Source of the DNA: Nitrospirota bacterium
GTDB taxonomy: Bacteria > Nitrospirota > Nitrospiria > Nitrospirales > NS-4
Direction of reading: 5' to 3'
DNA length: 64,000 nucleotides
Assembly: GCA_963788195.1 (NCBI GenBank)
Contig: CAWBGA010000014.1
Location: 1 to 64,000 of the forward strand
The number at the start of each line of letters is the position of its first letter. The stretch's first letter is position 1. The position numbers were made by a program, and so were the translations under genes. The notes beneath the pieces are model-generated. The model searched no databases. It saw only the letters and a program-made list of their open reading frames with translations, and was not told the DNA's origin. Positions 40,968-49,735 of the stretch are shown here, in pieces.

Positions 40968-41602
40968 TTGGCAGGTTGAGCAGGGATCGTCAACCGCATC
41001 ACAAGAACATAAAGCGCGCAAATGCCGATCGCAAATCCGCCAATCCAGTAGGAGCGCTCTTTGAGCACCTGCAGGAGGCGTTCCGGATCTTGCATTAGAT
41101 CAGGGTGATCTCCTAGAAGTGAGGCTCCGAACCAGGCCAACACTGCGCACCATAAGCCCGAGCCAATGAGCGTCATAGCGCTGTACACGCCGAAGGGCAT
41201 ACGGACGATGCCGGCTGGAATTCCAATCAGATGCCGGATGACCGGCACAAGTCGCGCGAAGAAGACCCCGCCCGCTTCATAGCGAGCAAGCCATCGTTCG
41301 GCGCGCAGCAGCTTTCCTTCAGGAACGAGGATGTACCGCCCCCAACGAAGTAGCAACGGGCGCCCAACCCATCTGGCCACCCAGTAGCTGATTGACGCGC
41401 CCAGATAACTTCCGGCCGTACCGGCGAGCACGACTCCACCCATGCTGTAGCGTCCCTGCGTAGCCCAGTATGCTGCCGGGGGGATTACGATTTCGCTCGG
41501 AATAGGCACAACCGTGCTCTCCAAAGCCATGAGGAGCACAATACCGGGATAGCCCCAGTCGTGCACCCATTGAAACCACACCGCGATCCAGTCATGCATC
41601 AT
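40964..41602 (-). CDS. DedA family membrane protein
   Basis: LESTVVPIPSE, FFARLVPVIRHLI.IPAG. Confidence 0.93.
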   Translation of the reverse strand: MMHDWIAVWFQWVHDWGYPGIVLLMALESTVVPIPSEIVIPPAAYWATQGRYSMGGVVLAGTAGSYLGASISYWVARWVGRPLLLRWGRYILVPEGKLLRAERWLARYEAGGVFFARLVPVIRHLIGIPAGIVRMPFGVYSAMTLIGSGLWCAVLAWFGASLLGDHPDLMQDPERLLQVLKERSYWIGGFAIGICALYVLVMRLTIPAQPAK

Positions 41603-41713
41603 TTCCTCGTTCTCACCCTTCCACGGAGGTGACGACTCTCTAAGGTACTATACTGCCATAAAAGGGCTTATCTGATTGATGCTGCCGACGAACAAGCGGA
41701 TAATTCCGGATCG

Positions 41714-43087
41714 ATGGGAAAAATGATTCCGCTCGTTATGACGGTAGCGATGCTGCTTGCTTTAGCATTCGGCGTCATGCTCTTTCAACATATAAAAGGC
41801 CGCTATCTCTCCACCGCCGGAGAAAGTTTGCAGCTCCTCGCCCAGGAGATGACAGATAAAGTAGACCTGATGGTCTTTGATCGTTACGGTGATATCCAGG
41901 TACTCGCGCGGTTGTTGCAATCTCTTCGGATCGAAGACATGGCGGGCCTCCTGGACTCGGTGAAATCCGTCGACCCCTTATATTCTGGGATCGCCGTGAC
42001 GGATGCGACCGGGCGTGTCGTAGCAGCAACAGATCAGACCATCGTCGGTGAGGACCGCGGCCATACAAAGTCATTCGAAGCCATCCGTAAGCGCGGCGGC
42101 ATCTATGTTGATGATGTCCAGCATGAGCGCGCTGAGGGAGCGGCGACCATCGACTTTAGCACGCGCCTCGTCGGCCCCGAAGGAAACTTTCGCGGCATCG
42201 TGACAATGCAAATTCCGTTGCAGCCTTTAACGAAGGTCTTGGAGCGAACGGCGAAGGCTTTTCAAAGACAACTCGTGTTGGGGCCGATCGAGTACCAGCT
42301 CCTGGCTCAAAGCGGAGAGGTGCTCTTTTATTCAGGTCCGCCATCGAAAAACAGAATCAACGCGAGGGAACTTGGTGTCCCCTCAGTACTGCTGAGCGCC
42401 TCCGGACAGTCCGGATACGTCGAGGAACAGAGTGTCTCGAGACATGCCCAGGTGCTGACTGCGTACGCTCGAACGCGCAGTCATGACGAATTTCCCACCC
42501 ACCAATGGACCATTCTGGCGCGAGCGGACCGAAGCGTTGTCCTGGCCCCTCTTTCCACCCTCGCCTGGCAGATGGCCCTGACTGGCGCCATCGTGCTCGT
42601 GTCAGCGGGCATCCTTCTTACCGCGATGGCGCGACTGCGGCGCGAGAGCGTAAAGGCGGACGAAAGAAATGACTGGCTCGCAGCGCTTCTTCGCAGTCTC
42701 GGGCAGGGAGTCATTGCCGTCGACACTAACGGGAGCGTCTCCTTCATGAATGCGATGGCAGAATCTTCGACCGGGTGGAAAGGATCTCAGGCAAAGGGAC
42801 GGCGCCTGAAGGAGATTTTTTCACTCCTGGATGAGTCCACGCGACAACCTCTGCAGGATCCGATCGGCAGAGTGTTGCACGAAGGGCGGGCCATCATGCT
42901 GGGAGGGCCTGCGCTCTTGATTGCCAAGAACGGCATGGAAAAGACTATTCTTCATGTCGGAGCGCCGATCAGACATACCGACGGTACAGTCCTTGGCATT
43001 GCATTAATTTTTCGCGAGGTCGTCACAGGCCGTCAGGCTCTAGAAGAACAGCCCGAAGAGAAGGTTGAGAGCCTTCTTCAACCTTGA
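41714..43087 (+). CDS. Membrane sensor with Cache-like and PAS domains and no visible output domain
   Basis: Two TM helices around an extracytoplasmic domain; GVIAVD..G.V.FMN..AE..TGW PAS signature; ORF ends after the PAS domain. Confidence 0.75.
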   Translation: MGKMIPLVMTVAMLLALAFGVMLFQHIKGRYLSTAGESLQLLAQEMTDKVDLMVFDRYGDIQVLARLLQSLRIEDMAGLLDSVKSVDPLYSGIAVTDATGRVVAATDQTIVGEDRGHTKSFEAIRKRGGIYVDDVQHERAEGAATIDFSTRLVGPEGNFRGIVTMQIPLQPLTKVLERTAKAFQRQLVLGPIEYQLLAQSGEVLFYSGPPSKNRINARELGVPSVLLSASGQSGYVEEQSVSRHAQVLTAYARTRSHDEFPTHQWTILARADRSVVLAPLSTLAWQMALTGAIVLVSAGILLTAMARLRRESVKADERNDWLAALLRSLGQGVIAVDTNGSVSFMNAMAESSTGWKGSQAKGRRLKEIFSLLDESTRQPLQDPIGRVLHEGRAIMLGGPALLIAKNGMEKTILHVGAPIRHTDGTVLGIALIFREVVTGRQALEEQPEEKVESLLQP

Positions 43088-43120
43088 CCGCGTCTATCCT
43101 TGCCGCTATGCTCTCCCGCG

Positions 43121-43747
43121 ATGCCATCACAGCCTCTCATTGCTTGCCTCGACCTGGAAGGTGTCCTGGTCCCGGAGATCTGGATTACCGTCGCGGATCG
43201 GACGAAGATCCCGGAGCTTCGGTTGACCACGCGAGATGAGCCTGACTATGACGTCCTGATGAAAGGACGCCTGAAGCTCCTCGAGAAACACAGACTCACA
43301 TTACAAGACCTGCAATCGGTGATCGGTCAAATGGCGCCACTGGAGGGCGCCAAAGACTTTTTGGACTGGCTTCGTCATCACTGCCAAGTCGTTATCCTGT
43401 CGGATACATTCGAACAGTTCGCGACGCCATTAATGAAGCAGCTCGACTATCCGACGATCTTTTGTAATTCGCTCGAGGTGGAACCGGACGGACGGATCAC
43501 GAATTATCACCTGCGGCTAAAAGACCAGAAGCGCGCCTCCGTGGAAGCCCTGAAAACCCTGAATTTTCGTGTGGTGGCCGCGGGCGACTCCTACAACGAC
43601 ACGAGCATGCTCATGGCGGCCGACGCCGGAATTTTTTTCTGCCCACCGGCGGCCATCGCTGCGCAATTTCCGCAGTTCCCCGTGACGCGGTCCTACGGTG
43701 ATCTGAAGGCGCAATTCACACGCCTCGGACCTCTCAACGACTCGTAA
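43121..43747 (+). CDS. thrH: Phosphoserine phosphatase / homoserine phosphotransferase
   Basis: CLDLEGVLVPEIW, TTRDEPDYD.LM, LSDTF, AGDSYNDT.M. Confidence 0.93.
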   Translation: MPSQPLIACLDLEGVLVPEIWITVADRTKIPELRLTTRDEPDYDVLMKGRLKLLEKHRLTLQDLQSVIGQMAPLEGAKDFLDWLRHHCQVVILSDTFEQFATPLMKQLDYPTIFCNSLEVEPDGRITNYHLRLKDQKRASVEALKTLNFRVVAAGDSYNDTSMLMAADAGIFFCPPAAIAAQFPQFPVTRSYGDLKAQFTRLGPLNDS

Positions 43748-43794
43748 TCCCCCGAAGCAAAGATGTACAATGACGGCGTCGTAATGACGACGTA

Positions 43795-44106
43795 ATGGAG
43801 GAAGTTATGATAAATACACGCTTGGCCACTGTGATCACAATTGCAGCGTTTTTAGTAGGATTCGCATTCGGTGGCGTATCGTTACGGTACGCTCAGGCAC
43901 AGGGTCTGATGGGACTCTCAACATCTGTCCAACAGATAGGTCACGCCCTTGTTGAGATGCAGAAGAACGTTGACGATCTGCAAAAGAACATGGGGACGGT
44001 CAAGCAGGCGAAAGATCAACTCACCACCTTGGTGCCTCGTGGAGGAGACTCTGTCCCGAAGGACGGCGACTCTTTCAAGAAGATGATTCCTGGGATGGGC
44101 CAATAA
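43795..44106 (+). CDS. Hypothetical exported coiled-coil protein
   Basis: Signal peptide followed by a heptad-like segment; start may be 43807. Confidence 0.6.
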   Translation: MEEVMINTRLATVITIAAFLVGFAFGGVSLRYAQAQGLMGLSTSVQQIGHALVEMQKNVDDLQKNMGTVKQAKDQLTTLVPRGGDSVPKDGDSFKKMIPGMGQ

Positions 44107-44164
44107 AAGCCGGATGTAGGAATGAAGGTTCAGGAAAACAGAGTCTCAGAATAAGGAGGCACAT

Positions 44165-45085
44165 ATGAGCCCCAAAGTATTGATGTCACTCGCGCTGGTT
44201 ACCAGCCTCGCAGGCTGCACCTCCGTGGACAAGGCGGATTGGCAAAGCAAGGCGGCGAGGGAGTTCGACACCCAGAAGCAAGGCGTGTGTTGTTTCGTGG
44301 GGATGAAGTATCTGCCTGATGAAAGCAAACCGAAAACCGACACGGAGAAAGCCGAGCTGATCGCTCAAATTGATGCATTAAAAGCGGCCTTGGCTGCGAA
44401 GGAAAGGGAGGGAATGAATTTAGCCGCAGCTGATCTTGCGGCCAAGGATAAGGAGCGCGCGGAGTTAGCGCTGCAACTGCAGACCTTGAAGGCAAACGCC
44501 GCGGGCACCGGCAATGACAAGAGCGACTTGGCGCGGCAGCTCGAGGCGTCGAGAACAACCCTGACGGTCACCGGGGAAGAGAAAAGTAACCTGGCGCGGC
44601 AGCTCGCCGCTGCCCAAGCCGACCTGGACGCCAAAGAAAACGAGCGGGCGGAGTTCGCACGACAATTGGAGGCACTGAAGGCTCAGCCCACGACGGCGCC
44701 GGCGGCGAAGGTGGTGTTGAAAGAACAGGAGTTGTTTGATTCAGGGTCTGCCTCCCTAAAGCCTGAGGGGATCAAGGTCGTAAAGAAGCTTGCCGAGACG
44801 TTGAAAGACTATCCCGACACTGTGATCCGCTCGGAAGGCCATACCGATGACAGGCCGATTAGCACCGGACGCTTCCCCTCAAACTGGGAGCTTTCATCCG
44901 CTCGTGCAACAGAAGTGGTCCGCAGCCTGCAGAAGCAGGGCATCAGTCCTGAGCGACTCATCGCGATCGGATACGGCGAGACCCGTCCTGCCGTGCCCAA
45001 TGCCGATGCCGAATCAAGAGCCAAAAATCGTCGGGTTGAAATCATCGTGGTGCCTGCCCCTGCCGCGATGGCTGGCATTCCATAG
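44165..45085 (+). CDS. OmpA/MotB-domain lipoprotein with coiled coil
   Basis: LAGC lipobox, LFDSGSA, EGHTDD, NWELSSARA, NRRVEI. Confidence 0.9.
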   Translation: MSPKVLMSLALVTSLAGCTSVDKADWQSKAAREFDTQKQGVCCFVGMKYLPDESKPKTDTEKAELIAQIDALKAALAAKEREGMNLAAADLAAKDKERAELALQLQTLKANAAGTGNDKSDLARQLEASRTTLTVTGEEKSNLARQLAAAQADLDAKENERAEFARQLEALKAQPTTAPAAKVVLKEQELFDSGSASLKPEGIKVVKKLAETLKDYPDTVIRSEGHTDDRPISTGRFPSNWELSSARATEVVRSLQKQGISPERLIAIGYGETRPAVPNADAESRAKNRRVEIIVVPAPAAMAGIP

Positions 45086-45099
45086 CTTCCTTTTCAACG

Positions 45100-45127
45100 G
45101 CCCCGCCTTCTTTGAAGAAGGCGGGGC
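45100..45127. terminator. Hairpin between convergent genes, probable terminator
   Basis: GCCCCGCCTTCTT / AAGAAGGCGGGGC inverted repeat. Confidence 0.6.
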
Positions 45128-45162
45128 ATCTGCCATAGCGTGTGCCACCCGTCCTATTCAGC

Positions 45163-45600
45163 TCACGCCGCTTTCAGGTCAGATGTGCACTGTGGGCACC
45201 GTTTCGCTCTAATAGGAATCATCATGGCGCACTGAGGGCATTCCCTCGTGGTCGGCGCAGGCGCTTCTTCCTGCCGCTTGAACCTGTTGATTTGCCGCAC
45301 CAGCAGGAAAATCACGAAGGCGACGATGACAAAATCAATCACGGTGTTAAAAAAGACCCCGTAATTAATGGTAGCTGCCCCTGCCGCCTTGGCCTCAGCG
45401 AGGGTGGCTACGGGCTTGTCGGACAAGTTTATAAAAAGGTCGGCAAAATTCACCCTTCCGAGTAGCAAGCCTATGGGCGGCATCAGGATGTCGCTCACGA
45501 ACGATGAGATAATCTTCCCGAACGCGGCTCCGATGATGATCCCGATCGCCATATCGAGCACGTTTCCCCGCATCGCGAACTCTTTAAACTCCTTCAGCAT
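45163..45600 (-). CDS. mscL: Large-conductance mechanosensitive channel
   Basis: [38 protein letters not shown]. Confidence 0.96.
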   Translation of the reverse strand: MLKEFKEFAMRGNVLDMAIGIIIGAAFGKIISSFVSDILMPPIGLLLGRVNFADLFINLSDKPVATLAEAKAAGAATINYGVFFNTVIDFVIVAFVIFLLVRQINRFKRQEEAPAPTTRECPQCAMMIPIRAKRCPQCTSDLKAA

Positions 45601-45748
45601 ATGCAGCCTCCTTTGTATGGCTCACAAGGGACCCGCCGGGCTGAGCGAAAGAAACCACTAATGCCCGGCTCTTCAAGAACATGGAGAAAGACTTTTGACT
45701 GCGGACCTTACACGGCATATATTCTGCCGTCAACGATAGGAGGCCGCC

Positions 45749-47389
45749 ATGAAGAAAATCTTTGTAGGAATCGGAATCCTGCTCGTCCTCCTGCTTGTGC
45801 TTATCCTTCTCTTGCCGTTCATCGTAGATCTCAACTCATACCAGGCACAATACCGGCCGGTCATTGAGGAAGCCCTGAACCGCAAGGTGACGCTGAAGGA
45901 CATCCGCCTCACGATCATTCCGCGCATTGGCGTGCGCATCGCGGGGTTCACCGTCATGGATGACCCGGCCTTCGGCGCGCAACCCTTCGCATCGCTCTCA
46001 TCGCTCGATATCGGCGTCAAGCTCCTGCCCCTGCTGCAAAAGCGGGTGGAAGTTGAAGAGATCACACTTCGCGACCCGGTCATCACCGTGATCAAAAACT
46101 CTCACGGCGTCCTGAATACCGCGACCTTAGGGAAAAAGGGCCCGCCGAAACCGGAAGAGCCGGTCGAAGAATCAACTGAAGGCCCTCTCCATGTCTTGAC
46201 GATGCTGGCCGTGGATCAGGTTTCAATCACGGGAGGTAAGCTCAGTTACAGCGATCAGTCCTCGCCCAAGCCTGCGGACTACGTCTTGGAGAAGCTGCAA
46301 TTTTTACTCAACGGCGTCGGTCTTGGCCGGACCCCCACACTGCACATGGCCACCACCATTCAGCCGTTCAACCTTCCACTAAGCATTGACGGCAAGTTCG
46401 GGCCGCTCAAAGAGACACTGGATCTCGAGACGATTGACCTGGCGATCGCACTGGGGAAAATCGGTTTGGCCGTCAGAGGAAGCAAGATCGGCGGAAATAT
46501 GAAACTTGCCATCACATCCCCGGCCATCAATACCGCCGATCTTCCAATGGCAGTGGCGCTGAAGAAGCCCGTCGAGGTCAAGGACCTGAAGATCGCCACG
46601 GAGGTGCGCGGTCCGCACACGAAGCTTGAGAATCTCTCCCTGAGTATGTTCGGGGGTACCCTGGCGGCACAGGGCGACTTGACTACAGGGCCGAAGGCGC
46701 CGCCCTTCGACGGCAAGGTCGCTCTCCAGGGAGTCCAACTCGGCCCCATCATGGAGGCTGTCGGAACGGAAAAAGTTTCGATCAGTGGCACTGCCGCCAT
46801 GGAACTAGACGTGCGCGGCGCGGGCTTTTCAATGCCCGAGCTCACGGAGGCGCTTCAGGGGTCCGGGCATCTTGCGGTGAAAGACGGCAAGATCGAGGGT
46901 GTGAATCTGCTCAAGGAAGCCTTTGCGCTCCTCAAAGCGATCGGCATCAAGCAGGACCTTGCAAACGCCACCGTGTTTTCCACGATCGAATCCAATGTGG
47001 CGATCAAGCGAGGGATCATCACGGTGGAGCGCTTGCTCATGGACAGCCATGACTTCCAAGCAACTGCCAACGGCACAGTGGGGTTTGATAAGGTTCTCAA
47101 TCTGAAAGCCAATCTCAACCTGTCGGAAGCGATCAGCCAGAGCATCGCCGGAAGCTCTCCAATGGCCAAAATGGCAATGACAGGAGGCCGAATCAGCGTG
47201 CCGATGGTGATCACTGGAACCGCGCAAGCGCCGTCATATTCGCTCGACACGAAGGCCCTGGGCTCTAAAGCCCAGGAACAGATCAAGGAACAGGTCAAAG
47301 AGAAGGCGGCCGAATTCCTGAAGGGTAAAGACGGCGGCGGCGCGGTCGAGAAGGGTCAGGATACGTTGAAGAAATTATTCGGGCAATAG
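45749..47389 (+). CDS. AsmA family protein
   Basis: N-terminal TM, D.N.Y...I...L.R.V, LLPLL..RVEV..I.L..P, beta-rich body. Confidence 0.85.
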   Translation: MKKIFVGIGILLVLLLVLILLLPFIVDLNSYQAQYRPVIEEALNRKVTLKDIRLTIIPRIGVRIAGFTVMDDPAFGAQPFASLSSLDIGVKLLPLLQKRVEVEEITLRDPVITVIKNSHGVLNTATLGKKGPPKPEEPVEESTEGPLHVLTMLAVDQVSITGGKLSYSDQSSPKPADYVLEKLQFLLNGVGLGRTPTLHMATTIQPFNLPLSIDGKFGPLKETLDLETIDLAIALGKIGLAVRGSKIGGNMKLAITSPAINTADLPMAVALKKPVEVKDLKIATEVRGPHTKLENLSLSMFGGTLAAQGDLTTGPKAPPFDGKVALQGVQLGPIMEAVGTEKVSISGTAAMELDVRGAGFSMPELTEALQGSGHLAVKDGKIEGVNLLKEAFALLKAIGIKQDLANATVFSTIESNVAIKRGIITVERLLMDSHDFQATANGTVGFDKVLNLKANLNLSEAISQSIAGSSPMAKMAMTGGRISVPMVITGTAQAPSYSLDTKALGSKAQEQIKEQVKEKAAEFLKGKDGGGAVEKGQDTLKKLFGQ

Positions 47390-47412
47390 AGCTGAGGAGA
47401 AAGGAATTTCCT

Positions 47413-48228
47413 ATGCCAACTATTCCAATTGACCTCGTGATCAGGTACGGACTGCAGATTCTCGGCGCGATCGCCATCCTCGCGGTTGGCTTCTTGTTGG
47501 CGAAATGGGCCGGCAACTTGGCCTACAAAGCACTCCTGAAGCAGGAAATGGAGCCGCCCGTCCGGCTCCTGCTTGTCCGGGCCATCAAAATTATCGTGCT
47601 GGCCTTCATGCTGGTGGTGGCGCTGGGCCAGTTCGGCGTGCAGGTGGCACCGCTGATCGCCGGGATTGGCGTCGCCGGTATAGGCATCGGCATTGCGCTC
47701 CAAGGTGTTCTTAGGAACGTGATGGCGGGACTTTCCATCATCTTCACGAAGCCCTTCCTGGTCGGGGAGTACATCGAGCTCGTCGGTGTTTATGGCCAGG
47801 TGACCACGATTGATATCTTTTCCACCACGTTGACGCACGCGGACCGGTCCCGGGTCGTCATTCCAAATCACAAGATCGTTGGCGAGATCCTGCACAACTA
47901 CGGGACGATGCGGCAGCTCAACCTCACGGTCGCGGTCGGATACGGCACAGACTTAAACGACGCACTCGCAATCGTGAAGGACGTGCTCCAGAAGAATTCT
48001 CACGTGTTGAAACAGCCGGCGGCCGCCGTGGGAATTTCCCAACTGGCGGACTCCTCAATCCAAATTTCGATCGGGCCGTGGGTGAAAGTGGACGACTTCG
48101 CCTCGACCCCGGGAGAACTTTACCAGGCGATTGTGGAGCGCTATCGTGCCCGGCGCATTGACATCCCCTTGCCGCAGCGGGAAGTGCGTTTATTGAACGA
48201 GTCCTTCACCGGCGCGCAAGTGGCGTAG
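47413..48228 (+). CDS. mscS: Small-conductance mechanosensitive channel family
   Basis: IAGIGVAGIGIGIALQG.L.N..AG, KPF.VGEYI, IPN. Confidence 0.92.
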   Translation: MPTIPIDLVIRYGLQILGAIAILAVGFLLAKWAGNLAYKALLKQEMEPPVRLLLVRAIKIIVLAFMLVVALGQFGVQVAPLIAGIGVAGIGIGIALQGVLRNVMAGLSIIFTKPFLVGEYIELVGVYGQVTTIDIFSTTLTHADRSRVVIPNHKIVGEILHNYGTMRQLNLTVAVGYGTDLNDALAIVKDVLQKNSHVLKQPAAAVGISQLADSSIQISIGPWVKVDDFASTPGELYQAIVERYRARRIDIPLPQREVRLLNESFTGAQVA

Positions 48229-49170
48229 GCTCCTTAAACCACTAATGATCTCTTCCATATCGGGAGGAGGCGGGACGGAATATTCCAGATATACTCCGGT
48301 CAGGGGATGGGTGAATCCCAACGTCCTGGCATGCAACATCGGTCGTTCGATGGCCTGATCATTTATGAGGCAGACTTTCTTTCCTCCATAGGCTTCATCG
48401 CCCAGGACGGGGTGTCCAATCGAAGCCAGATGTACGCGAATTTGATGGGTACGGCCTGTCTGGGGGTGAACTTCCACTAATGTCGCGTTCTTGCCGAAGC
48501 GCTCCATCACCTGAAATTCGGTGACTGCCTCACGAGGGGATGTGGTGCGCGCCGAAATCTTCTGACGGTTCTTGGTGTCGCGGCCGATGGCGAGCTCGAC
48601 CCGCCCTTTTGGTCCCTTCACAGTGCCGGCGATCACCGCCATATACACACGGCAGATCGTGTGCTCTTTAAATTGCCGGGAAAGCCCCCGATGGGCGGTG
48701 TCTGTCTTTGCAATGGCCATGACTCCGCTCGTTCCCTTGTCCAAACGATGGACCAGCCCCGGTCGCTCACGGCCCCCGATACTGGAGAGGCACCCTCCCT
48801 CAGAGCCTTGCTGAAGATGATGCAACAGAGCGTTGATGAGCGTGCCGCGCCAGTGGCCGGGAGCGGGATGCACCACGATCCCTGCGGGTTTATTCAGGAC
48901 TAACAGCGATTCATCCTCAAAGAGAACCTCCAAAGGGATCGGTTCACCTTCGATCTCGAGCGGAGCGGGCTTGGGAATATCCCAAACGATCTCGTCGCCG
49001 GGATGTATTTTCATCGACGGTTTGGGGCGTTTGCCGTTGACCATCACGGCGCCGTTCTCAATGAGGCGCTGGACGCCCGCGCGGGACAGGCCCGAGGTGT
49101 GTGTGCTGAGAAACAGATCGATGCGTTTGGGGTGTTCGCCGGCGGAAACAGTCAGAACCTGGTTAATCAC
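48190..49170 (-). CDS. rluD: RluA/RluD family pseudouridine synthase with S4 domain
   Basis: RID.FL, NKPAG.VVHP, HRLDKGTSG, TGRTHQIRVH. Confidence 0.93.
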   Translation of the reverse strand: MINQVLTVSAGEHPKRIDLFLSTHTSGLSRAGVQRLIENGAVMVNGKRPKPSMKIHPGDEIVWDIPKPAPLEIEGEPIPLEVLFEDESLLVLNKPAGIVVHPAPGHWRGTLINALLHHLQQGSEGGCLSSIGGRERPGLVHRLDKGTSGVMAIAKTDTAHRGLSRQFKEHTICRVYMAVIAGTVKGPKGRVELAIGRDTKNRQKISARTTSPREAVTEFQVMERFGKNATLVEVHPQTGRTHQIRVHLASIGHPVLGDEAYGGKKVCLINDQAIERPMLHARTLGFTHPLTGVYLEYSVPPPPDMEEIISGLRSLRHLRAGEGLVQ

Positions 49171-49189
49171 CTCCGCGGCGCCGGGTCAC

Positions 49190-49735
49190 TCAGGACGCGC
49201 GGGTATCCGCGGAGACGTCGGCATCTTGGAGGAAGAAATGCCCGATGAGAAGGCCGACGCCGATGGTGATGGCGCTATCGGCGACGTTAAACGCGGGCCA
49301 GTGGTACCCGGCGATGGAGAGATCCAGAAAATCGATGACCTCTCCGATCCGCACCCGATCAATCAGATTGCCGAGAGCCCCGCCGAAGATCAAGGCCACG
49401 CTCGCTTGTCCCATTCTGTCCCCCGGCGAGAGACGCGCATAGATCGTTCCCAAAAGGAATAGGGCGAGGATCGATGTCACGCCGAAGAACACCATCCGAA
49501 AGCCCGGGTGGCTGCCCGACAGGATGCCAAAGGCGGCGCCGGAATTCCGGATATACGTCAGGTGAAAGAAATCCGGGACGATGGAGATCGAATCATGTAA
49601 GCGCATTCCCCCCGCCACCTGCCATTTCGTGAACTGGTCCAACGCAACAACCATTGACACGATAATGCTCATCAGTCCGAATTGCCGTTGCTCCGGCAAA
49701 GACCCCTGCGCCAAACAGGTTTTTTCAGGCAGCAT
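49190..49735 (-). CDS. lspA: Lipoprotein signal peptidase II
   Basis: LDQFTK, NSGAAFG, GALGNLIDR, VIDF, FNVADSAI; start uncertain. Confidence 0.95.
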   Translation of the reverse strand: MLPEKTCLAQGSLPEQRQFGLMSIIVSMVVALDQFTKWQVAGGMRLHDSISIVPDFFHLTYIRNSGAAFGILSGSHPGFRMVFFGVTSILALFLLGTIYARLSPGDRMGQASVALIFGGALGNLIDRVRIGEVIDFLDLSIAGYHWPAFNVADSAITIGVGLLIGHFFLQDADVSADTRAS

